From Gemmatimonadota bacterium (GTDB taxonomy: Bacteria > Gemmatimonadota > Gemmatimonadetes > JACCXV01), in contig DATBJW010000064.1 of assembly GCA_036556205.1 (NCBI GenBank), positions 45,298 through 109,297 on the forward strand: a stretch of DNA of 64,000 nucleotides. The letters are read 5' to 3'. Of this stretch, positions 1-9,667 are shown piece by piece. Both the position numbers and the translations under genes were made by a program. The notes under the pieces were generated by a model. It saw only the letters and a program-made list of their open reading frames with translations, was not told the origin of the DNA and ran no database searches. The stretch's first letter is position 1. The number at the start of each line of letters is the position of its first letter.

Positions 1-830
1 GTGTTCGGCGCCGCGCCCTGCTCGAGGAGCCGGCGGACGAGAGCCGTATCGCCATGGAACGCCGCCTCGTGCAGCGGTGTCGAGCGCTCGAGGTCGGCGA
101 CCTCGGTCGCGGCCCCGTGCGCGAGCAACAGGTCGGTCATGGGGCGGGCGACCCTGGTGTCGATCGGCGTCGTCGATCCCACGGCGTACCGGAGCGGCGT
201 CCGTCCGCTCCCGTCGCGCGCATTTACGTCCGCGCCGTGCGCCAGCAGCATGCGCGCCACCTGGAGGCGTCCCTCGAGGCCCTCGCGGGAGAAGAGCCCC
301 TTGATCGCGGCATGGAGCGGCGTCTCCCGCGACTGCCCACGGGCGTTCACATCCGCCCCACTCTCGACGAGCAGCCGCGCGACCTCCACCCTCCCGTGGC
401 GCGCCGCAAGGTGGAGCGGCGCGTCGCCGTACTCGTCCCGCGCGTTCACGTCGGCGCCGCGCGCGAGCAGCACCCGGGCCACGTCGGCGCGGCCGTACTG
501 GGCGGCCGCGTGCATGGCGGTCTGGCAGCTCGCCCAATAGAGGCGGTTGACGTCCCGGGGATGCTTGGCCGCCCAGCTCTCCAGGTGAGCGAGCTCCGCA
601 CGCCTGCGTTCCGGTGGTCCGCGCTGCGAATAGCTGTTCGCCCACCCGGCCACGGCCTCCTCGGGCGTTCGGCAGTGGCGCTGGCCGGTGCGCGGGTCCC
701 GCCAGTCGCCGTGCTCCCAGCGTCGCGCGGTCAGGATTGCCAGTGCAAAGAGGGCTGCGATGACCACGACCAGCAACAGCGGTCCGAGAAGGACGCGCGA
801 CATTCCGCTTTCGAACGCCTGTTTGAGCAT
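1..830 (-). CDS. Membrane-anchored ankyrin-repeat protein. The coding sequence runs off the left edge of the window, so the C-terminus is missing.
   Basis: Reverse-complement translation gives MLKQAFESGMSRVLLGPLLLVVVIAALFALAIL (an N-terminal transmembrane helix), followed by at least five ankyrin repeats (GADVNARDxxGxTPLHxAA...). No stop codon before position 1. Not in the ORF track because it is truncated at the edge. Confidence 0.75.
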   Translation of the reverse strand, partial: MLKQAFESGMSRVLLGPLLLVVVIAALFALAILTARRWEHGDWRDPRTGQRHCRTPEEAVAGWANSYSQRGPPERRRAELAHLESWAAKHPRDVNRLYWASCQTAMHAAAQYGRADVARVLLARGADVNARDEYGDAPLHLAARHGRVEVARLLVESGADVNARGQSRETPLHAAIKGLFSREGLEGRLQVARMLLAHGADVNARDGSGRTPLRYAVGSTTPIDTRVARPMTDLLLAHGAATEVADLERSTPLHEAAFHGDTALVRRLLEQGAAPN

Positions 831-904
831 CCGACCACCTCCGCGCCTCGGGCACACCGCGCGCGGGACTCGCCGACGGGACGGTTCCGAAGCGGATCCC
901 GCAG

Positions 905-1354
905 CTACGGGCGCGCCTCCTTCTCCAGCTCGACCACGATCTCGAGCGGGATCGCCGGATCGAGTGTGGCGCGCACGGAACAGTACTTCTCGAACGCGAG
1001 CTCCGCCGCGCGCTCGGCCTTCGCGCGCTCGACCGCACCCACCACCCGCACGCGCGCCCGGAAGCTCGTGAAGCGGCGCGGCACCTCCGTGCTTCGCTCA
1101 CCGGTGAGCTGGACGGAGAGCGCGCGCAGGTCCTGACGGCCCTTGCGGAGGATGTCCACGATGTCGGCCGCGGCGCAGGAGGCGAGTGCCGCGAGCAAGG
1201 TCTCCATGGGTGACGGAGCGGCGGCGCCGTCGCCGTCCACCTGTCCGCGCGCGGCTCTGCCGCGGGACTCGAACCGATGGTCGCCGCTCCACGTCAGATC
1301 CACCGTCAACATCGGCGGCGGCGCGGACGGCTTCGGAGTCTGGATCACGGCCAC
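905..1354 (-). CDS. OsmC/Ohr family peroxiredoxin-like protein
   Basis: 149 aa. The internal M at MLTVDLTWSGDHRFE is the probable true start. Carries the OsmC-like conserved cysteine region LLAALASC. Size and motifs fit OsmC. Confidence 0.7.
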   Translation of the reverse strand: MAVIQTPKPSAPPPMLTVDLTWSGDHRFESRGRAARGQVDGDGAAAPSPMETLLAALASCAAADIVDILRKGRQDLRALSVQLTGERSTEVPRRFTSFRARVRVVGAVERAKAERAAELAFEKYCSVRATLDPAIPLEIVVELEKEARP

Positions 1355-1473
1355 CTACCTTTCCGTTCTCGCGGGGCTAAAGTTATCGCTTTTCGCGGGC
1401 GCCCCGCGGAGCAGGGAACTCGAGCTCGGCGCCGCGCCCGTCTCTCCCCCGTCCGATCCAGCGGAGCCCCTGC

Positions 1474-2946
1474 GTGAGCCGCGCCGCTCTCGACCAGCTG
1501 GTCTGCCTCGGCTATCTGATCGCGCTCGTCGGCGTCGGGCTCTGGCGCGGCCGCAAGGTCGCCACGCAGGACGAGTTCGTGGTGGGCGGCCGGCGCATGT
1601 CCACCTTCGTGCTCGTCGGCACGCTGCTCGCCACCTGGATCGGAACCGGCTCGATCCTCGGGGGCGCGGGGCTCGCTTACCGGATGGGCTTCTCGGCCCT
1701 CTGGTTCTCGGCGGGCGCCTGGAGCGCGATCATCGTGCTCTACCTGATCGCGGGCCGCGCGCGGGCCTTCGCCCAGTACACGGTCCCCGACATGCTCGAA
1801 GCCCGCTACGGCCCCGCCGCGCGCGTGCTCGGAACGCTGGTGACGATCGTCGCCTACACCGCCATCGTGAGCTACCAGTACCGCGGCGGCGGGATGGTGC
1901 TGAACCTCGTGACCGGCATGGACGTGGACACCGGCATTCTCATCACCGCGATCTTCATCGTCCTCTATACGGCGATCGCCGGCATCGTGTCGATCGCCTA
2001 CACCGACGTCGTGAACGGCGTCATCCTGCTCGTGGGGCTCGTGCTCACGCTCGGCCACCTGGCGGCGGGGCGCGGCGGCCTGCAGGCGCTCTTCGCGGAG
2101 CTGCCCCCCGAGAAGCTCTCGCCGCTCGGCACGCTCTCGATCCCGGCGGGTCTCGGCCTGGCGCTGCCGGCGCTCATCCTGATCCTCGGGGAGGCGAACA
2201 TGTACCAGCGCTTCTTCTCGGCCAGGAGCGGCAGAGCGGCCGAGCGCGCCGTCGTGGGCTGGCTCGCAGGAACGATCTTCGTCGAAAGCCTGATCGTGGC
2301 CATCGCCGTCGCGGGCTCGCTCTACCTGCCGGGCCTCGACACCGGCGCTGGACGCGGGACCGAGACGGTCGTGCTGCGGCTGGTCACGGACGTGCTGCCC
2401 ATCGGCCTGGGCGCGCTCCTGCTGGCGGCCGTGCTCGGCGTCATCGTGGACACCGGCGACTCGTTCCTCCTGATCCCCGCCACGAGCCTGGTCCACGACG
2501 TCTATCGCAGGTTCGTGGACCCCGACATGAGCCAGCGTAGGGCGGCCTGGCTGTTGCGCGGCGTCGTCGTGCTGCTGGGTGTGGTGGCCTGGGCGCAGCT
2601 GCGCTTCTTCGATACGATCCTGCAGATGGCGCTCTACGCCTACACCATGTACGGGGCCGGGATCACGCCCGCGGTCCTGGCGGCCTTCTTCTGGAAGCGG
2701 GCGACGGCCGCGGGCGGCGTGGCCTCGATCGCGGCCGGCATGCTGGCGACGCTGGCCTGGGAGGGCCTGAAGCGCGCCGGCGCCGTGCCCGCCGCGCTGG
2801 CCGCGTACGACACCGTGTTCTTCGCGCTGGCGGCCTCGGTGGCGGCGCTGGTGATCGTGAGCCTGGCCACGCCGGCTCCCCCCGAGGCACGCTGGCGGCC
2901 CTTCTTCCGCACCTCTTCCCCTCTCGAGAAGGGAGCCGACCCATGA
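1474..2946 (+). CDS. Sodium:solute symporter (SSF family) transporter
   Basis: 490 aa polytopic membrane protein with the typical SSS N-terminus (VGGRRMSTFVLVGTLLATWIGTGSILG) and 12-13 predicted TM segments. Confidence 0.8.
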   Translation: MSRAALDQLVCLGYLIALVGVGLWRGRKVATQDEFVVGGRRMSTFVLVGTLLATWIGTGSILGGAGLAYRMGFSALWFSAGAWSAIIVLYLIAGRARAFAQYTVPDMLEARYGPAARVLGTLVTIVAYTAIVSYQYRGGGMVLNLVTGMDVDTGILITAIFIVLYTAIAGIVSIAYTDVVNGVILLVGLVLTLGHLAAGRGGLQALFAELPPEKLSPLGTLSIPAGLGLALPALILILGEANMYQRFFSARSGRAAERAVVGWLAGTIFVESLIVAIAVAGSLYLPGLDTGAGRGTETVVLRLVTDVLPIGLGALLLAAVLGVIVDTGDSFLLIPATSLVHDVYRRFVDPDMSQRRAAWLLRGVVVLLGVVAWAQLRFFDTILQMALYAYTMYGAGITPAVLAAFFWKRATAAGGVASIAAGMLATLAWEGLKRAGAVPAALAAYDTVFFALAASVAALVIVSLATPAPPEARWRPFFRTSSPLEKGADP

Positions 2947-3335
2947 CGCAGCCCGCGCACCCGATCCGAGACCGATCTCGCGACCGCATTGCGGCGCTGG
3001 CGCTCGCAACACTCCTGGGAGGCGCCCTCACGGCCGCGGGCTGCGGACGCCCCCCCGACCAGGCCGGCGGGACTCCGCCAGCTGACCGGGCGCCGTCGGT
3101 GGACGCGCCCCGCCCGCTCACACCCGACGAGAAGCTCGCCGAGGACGTCCGGCACGCCATGCTTCAGGCGCCGGCGCTGGCCCGGGAGGACATCCAGATC
3201 GCGACCGCGCAGGGCCTCGTCGTCCTGGCGGGCAGCGTCTCGGCGCCCCACCTGCGCGACGAAGCGGTGCTGGTCGCGGGCTCGGTGCCGGGCGTCAAGA
3301 GCGTCCAGTCCAAGCTCGTCGTCAAGCGTCGCTAG
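2943..3335 (+). CDS. BON-domain lipoprotein (OsmY-like)
   Basis: 130 aa. Signal peptide with lipobox (LTAAGC). The C-terminal BON-like region (DIQIATAQGLVVLAGSVSAPHLRDEAVLVAGSVPGVKSVQSKL) matches the OsmY BON consensus. Start overlaps the stop of the symporter (ATGA). Confidence 0.7.
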   Translation: MTQPAHPIRDRSRDRIAALALATLLGGALTAAGCGRPPDQAGGTPPADRAPSVDAPRPLTPDEKLAEDVRHAMLQAPALAREDIQIATAQGLVVLAGSVSAPHLRDEAVLVAGSVPGVKSVQSKLVVKRR

Positions 3336-3339
3336 CGCC

Positions 3340-4647
3340 TCACGGGGGAGCCAGCGGACGCGCCGCTTCGGTCGGCCCGCCCGCCCTCACGCCGCCCAGC
3401 ATCAGCCCGCCGAGCACGAAGAGCGGCAGGATCGAGAGCAGCGCCAGACGCTGGTTCCCGCCCGTCGCGTAGGAGACCGTTCCGAAGAGGAGCGGGCCAA
3501 GCACCGAGGCGCTCTTCCCGCACAGCGTGTAGAAGCCGAAGAACTCACCCTCCCGTCCGTGCGGGATGAGTGTGGACATGAATGTGCGCGCGGCGGCCTG
3601 AACAGGGCCCAGGCCGGTGCCGGCCACGGCGGCGATCACGAAGAACTGGGTCGGCGTGCGGACCAGATAGCCCGCGACGATCACCAGCACCCACTGGACG
3701 AGCATGATCATGAGCACGCGCTTCGGGCCCCAGCGGTCGGTCGGTCGGGCCCACAGGAACGCCCCGACCAGCGCCGACGCCTGCACCAGCAGGAAGAGCT
3801 TGATGAGGTCCGGCATCGGGAAGCCCAGTGTCGTCTTGGCGAAAATGGACGAGAAGAAGATCACCGTGTTGACGCCGTCCTCGAACAGGAAGTAGGCGAG
3901 CAGGAACCGCCGCAGAGGGCGGATCTTCAGGATGTCGCGGAAGGTGCGCCAGGTGCCCCGCACGCCTTCGGTCGCCGCGGCGACGAAGCCGAGCGTCGAG
4001 CGCCGCTGCGCCGGGAGCCAGATCCAGGCCGGCACGATGAACACGAGGTAGGCGGCGGCCACCAGCAGGAAGGCCTGGTCGTAGCGCCCGGCGGAGACGA
4101 GCGGCAGCGCGCAGAGCAGAGCCAGAAAACTTCCCGCGTAGCCCGTGCCGAAGCCCCAGCCCGAGACGCGGCCCTGATAGGCGCGGGGCGCGATCTCGGG
4201 CAGGTAGGCGTTGTAGAAGAGCAGCGAGCCCTCGAACCCGACGTTGGCGACAAAGCTGAGCACGAACCCGTAGAGGATCATGCCGCGCTCGACTGTCGCG
4301 AGGAGGGCGGTGGCCGCGATCGAGGCCAGCGCGTAGCCGATGAGCAGCCCCTTGCGGATGCCGAGGTGGTCGGCGACCGATCCCAGCACGGGCGAGGTGA
4401 CCGCCACGAAGAGCATCGTGGCCGAGACCACGCGCCCCCACCAGGCGTCGCCCAGACCCGTTTCGTTGCCGACGACGTAGGTCGCGTAGTAGGCGGACCA
4501 GATCGTGGCCGGAATGACGGCCACGTACCAGGAGTTGGCGAAGTCGTAGAGGCACCACGCCAGGAGGACGCGGCGGTCGAGGCGGGTCGAGCCTCCGCGC
4601 TCGCGGTCGGGGTCGCGCGGCGAGATGGTTGCGGCGCCGATCTCCAC
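3340..4647 (-). CDS. MFS transporter (UMF1/Atg22-like family)
   Basis: 12-TM MFS-like protein (LLAWCLYDFANSWYVAVIP...). The ORF-track N-terminus (to 4755) is low-complexity and probably overextended. I placed the start at an in-frame GTG at 4647; the exact start is uncertain. Confidence 0.65.
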   Translation of the reverse strand: MEIGAATISPRDPDRERGGSTRLDRRVLLAWCLYDFANSWYVAVIPATIWSAYYATYVVGNETGLGDAWWGRVVSATMLFVAVTSPVLGSVADHLGIRKGLLIGYALASIAATALLATVERGMILYGFVLSFVANVGFEGSLLFYNAYLPEIAPRAYQGRVSGWGFGTGYAGSFLALLCALPLVSAGRYDQAFLLVAAAYLVFIVPAWIWLPAQRRSTLGFVAAATEGVRGTWRTFRDILKIRPLRRFLLAYFLFEDGVNTVIFFSSIFAKTTLGFPMPDLIKLFLLVQASALVGAFLWARPTDRWGPKRVLMIMLVQWVLVIVAGYLVRTPTQFFVIAAVAGTGLGPVQAAARTFMSTLIPHGREGEFFGFYTLCGKSASVLGPLLFGTVSYATGGNQRLALLSILPLFVLGGLMLGGVRAGGPTEAARPLAPP

Positions 4648-4841
4648 GGGCTCGGTGCTCCGGCCAGAGGGTCGCCCGGCCGCCGGCCCCGGAGGGCCGG
4701 ACGCGCGTTTACAGCCACCCGGGCGCTCGGCAATATACCGACGCCGTCCGTCCAACCTACGAGCGCGTGCCCGCCGCGCGCGCGGTGCGGTGGCCGAGCG
4801 AGCCGCCCTTCCCTCGTCCTCTCTCAGGATCAGGAGCTCCC

Positions 4842-6023
4842 ATGACCGACCGTCCCGCGCATCCCGAGCTCACGCGGCGTCGCTTCTTGCGGGCAGGCGC
4901 AGCCGCCTCGTTGGCGGCGGTCCTGCCGTCGGTGACCGAGCCTCCCCCGCCCGCTCCGCCGGGCGGACCCGGGCGCCGGCGTTCGCCCGTCCCGCTCCGT
5001 GAGGCGCGGCCCGTGGTCGTGGCCAGCGGGAACGGCGTGAACGCAGTCGGGCGCGCCTTCGACGAGATCGCGCGCGGCGCCGACCCGCTCGACGCGGTGA
5101 TCGCGGGCGTCAACCTGGTCGAGGAGGACCCCGACGACTACACGGTCGGCTACGGGGGCATCCCCAATGCCGACGGCGTGATCCAGCTCGACTCCTGCTG
5201 CATGCACGGGCCCACCCAGCGCGGCGGCGGCGTGGCCGCTCTGGAGGGGATCAAGACGCCCTCGAAGGTGGCGAAGCTCGTGATGGAGAGGACCGACCAC
5301 GTGCTGCTCGTGGGAAAAGGCGCGCTCGAGTTCGCGAAGCTTCAGGGCTTCGCGGAGGAGGACCTGAACACCCCCTTCACGCGCGAGCTCTACCGCTACT
5401 GGAAGGGTGCGGTCTCGGCCAGGGACGACTACCTGCCGCCTCCGATCGAGAGCCTCTCGCCCGCGGTGCAGGACTTCATCCGCCGCTACGGCGAGGAGGA
5501 CTACTTCTACCCCACCACCACCACGCCCGGGGTGAGCCGGAACCGGATCCGCGAGAACGTCTACGGCACCATCAACTGCGACGCCGTGGACGCCTCCGGC
5601 CGGATCGCCGGCGTGACCACCACCAGCGGCCTCTTCTTCAAGATTCCGGGTCGTGTCGGAGACTCGCCGATCCTGGGCGCGGGCCTCTACGTGGACGGCG
5701 ATGTCGGCGCGGCCGGCTCCACCGGGCGCGGTGAGGCCAACCTGTTGAACCTGTCGTCGTTCCTGGTCGTGGAGCGGATGCGAGGCGGGATGCACCCCAA
5801 GGATGCCTGCCTGGAGGCCTGCCGCCGGATCGTTGAGAACAACCTCGACAAGCGGCTCCAGAAGGACGACGGCCGCCCGAACTTCAACGTCAGCTTCTAC
5901 GCGCTGGACCGCGCCGGCCGCTACGGCTCGGCCGCCATCTGGTCGGGCGCCAGCGTGGCCGTGGCGGACGAGAAGGGAGCCCGCAAGGAGGAGTCGGCGG
6001 CGCTGTTCGAGCGGGAGGAGTGA
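4842..6023 (+). CDS. Secreted Ntn-hydrolase of the glycosylasparaginase / isoaspartyl peptidase / L-asparaginase family, with a Tat-type signal
   Basis: ATG at 4842 preceded by AGGAGC. N-terminus MTDRPAHPELTRRRFLRAGAAASLAAV (twin-arginine motif). Asparaginase_2 family hallmarks: the GTINCDAVDASG block and autoproteolytic-threonine context. The ORF-track 5' extension to 4629 is rejected. Confidence 0.8.
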   Translation: MTDRPAHPELTRRRFLRAGAAASLAAVLPSVTEPPPPAPPGGPGRRRSPVPLREARPVVVASGNGVNAVGRAFDEIARGADPLDAVIAGVNLVEEDPDDYTVGYGGIPNADGVIQLDSCCMHGPTQRGGGVAALEGIKTPSKVAKLVMERTDHVLLVGKGALEFAKLQGFAEEDLNTPFTRELYRYWKGAVSARDDYLPPPIESLSPAVQDFIRRYGEEDYFYPTTTTPGVSRNRIRENVYGTINCDAVDASGRIAGVTTTSGLFFKIPGRVGDSPILGAGLYVDGDVGAAGSTGRGEANLLNLSSFLVVERMRGGMHPKDACLEACRRIVENNLDKRLQKDDGRPNFNVSFYALDRAGRYGSAAIWSGASVAVADEKGARKEESAALFEREE

Positions 6024-6059
6024 GGACGGCCGCGGGCGGGTCGCGGGAGCCGGTCGGAG

Positions 6060-6551
6060 CTAGGGCCGCAGCTCGCGGAGCTGCGTGTCCACGGCCTCGC
6101 GCAGCGTGAGCCTCAGGTCGGAGGCGGCGACGTCGGCCGCGCGCGCCCGGAAGCTGCCCTTGAGGAGGAGCCCGTCGGCGAAGCCGCCGCTGGTGGCTCC
6201 CGCTACGATGATCGTTCCCGTGGGTGCGCCCAGCTGGTTGACGACGCGTCCGTTCGTAATGGACGGATCGGCGGCCACGAAGCTCACGCGGGCGGGATCG
6301 AAGCGAAGCTCCACGACGTAGGCTCCGAGCGGGGCCGAGCCGGCCGGCAGCTCGTAGCCCAGCGCGGCCTCGAACTCGGCGCCGGCAGTGGGACCCTCGG
6401 GGGCGAGATTCAGAGTGGTGCGGAAACCCGGGGCGGGCGGGGGGGGCGGCGGTGTGGGCCCGGACGGACCGTCTCCGCTGCTGCAGCCGAAGAGCGTGGC
6501 TGCGGCGAGCACGGCCCAGGCGCCACGGACGATGCGCCGCCGGTCGATCAC
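6060..6551 (-). CDS. Hypothetical lipoprotein
   Basis: 163 aa. Signal peptide plus lipobox (LAAATLFGCSS), Pro-rich linker, beta-rich C-terminal domain. No family recognised. Confidence 0.5.
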   Translation of the reverse strand: MIDRRRIVRGAWAVLAAATLFGCSSGDGPSGPTPPPPPPAPGFRTTLNLAPEGPTAGAEFEAALGYELPAGSAPLGAYVVELRFDPARVSFVAADPSITNGRVVNQLGAPTGTIIVAGATSGGFADGLLLKGSFRARAADVAASDLRLTLREAVDTQLRELRP

Positions 6552-6609
6552 GTTGGCCTCCGCATGGGGACGGGCCGCTGGCAGGGGGCCGGGCGGGTCC
6601 GCGCCCCGT

Positions 6610-6680
6610 TGGGGCGGGAGGATTCGAACCTCCGAATGCCAGATCCAAAATCTGGTGGCTTACCGCTTGCCGACGCCCCA
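6610..6680 (-). tRNA. tRNA-Gln (anticodon UUG)
   Basis: Reverse complement folds as a cloverleaf: acceptor 5'-TGGGGCG / CGCCCCA-3', anticodon arm CCAGA-TTTTGGA-TCTGG (loop TTTTGGA gives anticodon TTG), T-arm GGAGGTTCGAATCCTCC. 71 nt; CCA not encoded. Confidence 0.85.
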
Positions 6681-6733
6681 ACGGGCCGCCGCGCCCGCGA
6701 GCGACGGCGCGGCGCGCGCCGTCCCGGAGCCGC

Positions 6734-7648
6734 TCAGTCCAGGGCTTCGACGCCTCCCGAAAAGAACCGGACCCTGAAAATACCGTACTCCGGCCGGTTC
6801 CGATAGGCGTCCCGCAGGCGGTCGGCCTCCCGGTCGCGCCGCTCGCCGTCGGGGTAGAGCGCGAAGCAGGCCGAGCCCGTCCCCGACACCCGGGCGACGA
6901 CCGGCGAGCCCTCGATCAGCGTGCGGTGCAGGCTCTCGATCTCGGGGAACTTGGCGAAGACCAGCGGCTCGAAGTCGTTGCGGCAGGCCGCCAGGTTCTG
7001 GACGTCCAGGTCGGCGCGCCGCCACCGGCTCCCGGCGGCCGGCGGGTGCTTGCGAGCCTCCAGGTCCCAGGCGTGGTAGGCCCAGAAGGTCGAGACTTGC
7101 ACGTCGGGAACCACGATCAGCCCGGCCAGCGAGGGCGGCGGCCGCAGCGCCAGCAGGTGGCTGCCGTGATGGTATCCGAAGGCCGTGCCGCCATACAGGA
7201 AGAACGGCACGTCGGCCCCCAGCCCGGCCGCGAGCTCGGCCAGGTCGTCCAGCGACATGCCGAGCCCCAGCAGGTCCGTCAGCCCGCGCAGGACGGCCGC
7301 GGCGTCCGAGGACCCTCCACCCAGACCCGCGGCGGGCGGAATGCGCTTCGTGAGACGGATCTCCACACCGCGGTCAACGCCCGCGGCCTCGAGCAGCACC
7401 TGCGCGGCCTGGGCGGCCAGGTTGTCCTCGCCATCCGGGACTCCCTCGCGCCGCTGGCCGTGCACGGAGATCCGCACGCCCTCGTCCACGAGGGCCAGCT
7501 CGACGTCGTCGAAGAGGTCCACGGCCTGGTAGATCGTCGCCACGGAGTGCGTGCCGTCGGACAGGGTGCCCAGCACGTGCAGCCCGAGGTTGATCTTCGC
7601 GGGCGCCTGCAAGCGTGTCGAGCGACGGCCGTTGCCGAGCCTCATCGC
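6734..7648 (-). CDS. ispE: 4-diphosphocytidyl-2-C-methyl-D-erythritol kinase
   Basis: GHMP-kinase motifs: KINLGLHVLG near the N-terminus and PPAAGLGGGSSDAAAVL (ATP-binding glycine-rich loop). Likely start at the internal ATG (MRLGNGRR...). Length ~300 aa. Confidence 0.85.
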   Translation of the reverse strand, partial: AMRLGNGRRSTRLQAPAKINLGLHVLGTLSDGTHSVATIYQAVDLFDDVELALVDEGVRISVHGQRREGVPDGEDNLAAQAAQVLLEAAGVDRGVEIRLTKRIPPAAGLGGGSSDAAAVLRGLTDLLGLGMSLDDLAELAAGLGADVPFFLYGGTAFGYHHGSHLLALRPPPSLAGLIVVPDVQVSTFWAYHAWDLEARKHPPAAGSRWRRADLDVQNLAACRNDFEPLVFAKFPEIESLHRTLIEGSPVVARVSGTGSACFALYPDGERRDREADRLRDAYRNRPEYGIFRVRFFSGGVEALD

Positions 7649-7658
7649 CAGCCTCTCC

Positions 7659-8678
7659 TCACGCGATCTCGGCCGCGTCGCCGAGCCTCTCCTCAACCCG
7701 CTCCTCGCTGGTCTCGATCTCGCGCCAGCTCAGGTTGGCCCGCCAGGCCAGGTAGAAGCCGTAGAGCGTCACCGGCAGGTACTGCGAGATGTGATAGCCG
7801 ATGGAGTAGCTCAGGGCCAGATCCTTGTCCACTCCGAACGCCGAGAGCGCTTTGACCACGGACGCTTGAAAGGTGCCGATGAAGCCGGGCGACGACGGGA
7901 TGCTGATGCCCAGGGCGGCCACGGACTGGACGATCATCGCCCCGTCCACGCCGACGCGACCCAGGTCGAACGCCAGAAAGCCCAGGTAGAAGAGAAAGCC
8001 GTTGGCTCCCCACAGAAGAAAGGTCAGGAGCAGCGCCACCGCGACGCGGCGCGGCTCGCGCAGGAGCTGAAAGCCCTCGACGAACTTGCTCAGCAGTCCC
8101 TCCAGCTCCGCCTCCCAGCGGGGAGGCAGGAAACGGGCGGTCGTGGCGTGCAGCACCCGGAAGAAGACGCGCGGATACACGATCAGCAGGACTTCGAAGA
8201 GCAGCAGCAGCAGGAAGATCGCCCCACCGATCCGGGCCAGCACGATCATCCACTCGGGCACGGGCGCCAGCGCGATCGCGGTGATCAGGATGAGCACGAG
8301 CGCCGCCGCGTCGAACAGGCGCTCCACGAACAGGCTGCCGAAGGCGGTGGTCACGGGGACCGAGGAGCGCCGCCCGAGGACGTAGGCGCGCACGAACTCC
8401 CCCATGCGGGCGGGCAGCACGTTGTTGGCCATGAGCCCGATGCCGGTGGCGTTCACGAGCTCGCGCGCGGGCACGTGCGTGGCGGGCGGCAGGAACACGC
8501 GCCAGCGCAGGGCGCGGATCAGGACGCCGACCACGATCGCTCCCACGGCGGTGGCCGCCAGGTACTCGAGACGGGCCGTCCGCAGCGCGCCCCAGACCGC
8601 GGGCCAGCTCACGCCGCGCAGGACCCACCACAGGCAGGCAACGCTGATCGCGACACCGATCCAGTGGCGCCATTTCAC
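7659..8678 (-). CDS. UPF0104 family integral membrane protein (lysyl-phosphatidylglycerol-synthase TM-domain-like / flippase-like)
   Basis: 339 aa with ~8 TM segments. Conserved UPF0104 block LPARMGEFVRAYVL... and G-rich loops. No catalytic domain recognised. Confidence 0.65.
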   Translation of the reverse strand: MKWRHWIGVAISVACLWWVLRGVSWPAVWGALRTARLEYLAATAVGAIVVGVLIRALRWRVFLPPATHVPARELVNATGIGLMANNVLPARMGEFVRAYVLGRRSSVPVTTAFGSLFVERLFDAAALVLILITAIALAPVPEWMIVLARIGGAIFLLLLLFEVLLIVYPRVFFRVLHATTARFLPPRWEAELEGLLSKFVEGFQLLREPRRVAVALLLTFLLWGANGFLFYLGFLAFDLGRVGVDGAMIVQSVAALGISIPSSPGFIGTFQASVVKALSAFGVDKDLALSYSIGYHISQYLPVTLYGFYLAWRANLSWREIETSEERVEERLGDAAEIA

Positions 8679-8706
8679 GCGCGGCCCCCTTCGCGGGCGC
8701 GAGGGC

Positions 8707-9606
8707 TCAGAGGAAGTCCGCCCCGTTCACCCGGAGCTTGTAGACGCAGGCGAGCTTCTCCGCGGCGCGACGTGACAGGATCATGCGGGGCAGGAAGATC
8801 TCGAAGTACTCCATCACCGGCGAGATGCGCGTGTCGATCGTCAGATGCAGGGTGATGAGTCCCGCGACCGGCGGCGGCGCATCGGCCTCCTGGATGGCCT
8901 CCTCCATCTCCCGACCGCGTGTCTCGACGCTCAGGACCGAGCGTGTCACGGCGTAGTTCACGCGGTCGTGGATGTCGAAGTTGATCGTGGACCGTTCCCG
9001 CACGCGACTGCGATGCACGTCGGACTTGTCGGCGATGATGACCGCGGAGGCGACGGCGCTGACCGGGGCCCCGTCGATTTCGTCGTGATGGCCGATCGCG
9101 GCGATGATCTCGGTGACTTCCTCCACGGGCATGCCCATGCCGCGCAGGATCGAGTGCGCGATCTGGGCGCCCGACTGCGCATGCCAGTTGCGGTTCACGA
9201 TGTTGCCGATGTCGTGCAGGTAGGCCGCGATCTCGGCGAGCTCGCACGTGCGAGCCGGCTGCGACAGGGCCTCGAGCAGCTCGCGGGCGCGCTTGGCGCA
9301 GAGCTTGTGGTGGCGCTTGCCGTGCTCCGTGTAGCCGATCGCGCCCAGGATCTCGTTCGCGCGGTCGATGTAGTGGTTGACCTGAGCGCTGGCGCGCACC
9401 TGGGCCAGCGTGACCCGTCCCGGGTCGAGCGCCTCCGAGCGGCGGCCGGGCCTGTTCTTGGGAGCGCCGCCGGCGCGGCCGTTGGCGGAGGCGTCGCGGC
9501 CGGCCGCAGCGCCGCGCTCCGCGGCGGGTGGGGATGGGACTTGCGATCTGAGAGCGGGCTTGGCGTTCACGATCTTCCTTTCGGGGGAGAAAAAAGCCAT
9601 GACCAA
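8707..9606 (-). CDS. HD-domain phosphohydrolase family protein
   Basis: The HD motif (H...HD) sits in AAYLHDIGNIVNRNWHAQSGAQIAHS and AIGHHDEIDG. ~299 aa. N-terminal 60 aa are low-complexity, so the start is uncertain. Confidence 0.65.
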   Translation of the reverse strand: MVMAFFSPERKIVNAKPALRSQVPSPPAAERGAAAGRDASANGRAGGAPKNRPGRRSEALDPGRVTLAQVRASAQVNHYIDRANEILGAIGYTEHGKRHHKLCAKRARELLEALSQPARTCELAEIAAYLHDIGNIVNRNWHAQSGAQIAHSILRGMGMPVEEVTEIIAAIGHHDEIDGAPVSAVASAVIIADKSDVHRSRVRERSTINFDIHDRVNYAVTRSVLSVETRGREMEEAIQEADAPPPVAGLITLHLTIDTRISPVMEYFEIFLPRMILSRRAAEKLACVYKLRVNGADFL

Positions 9607-9667
9607 CCCGCAGCCATGGCCTGCAACTTCCGTTCCGCCTGCGATCCGCGGCGCTCGGGATCTTCTT

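Noticed and set aside
1143-4845. Several long ORFs (1143..2540 +, 1345..3012 -, 2989..4845 +, 3545..4558 -) overlapping the symporter, BON and MFS genes
   Set aside because: Arg/Ala/Gly/Pro-dominated translations typical of off-frame GC-rich DNA. Each overlaps a frame that yields a recognisable transporter or BON protein.
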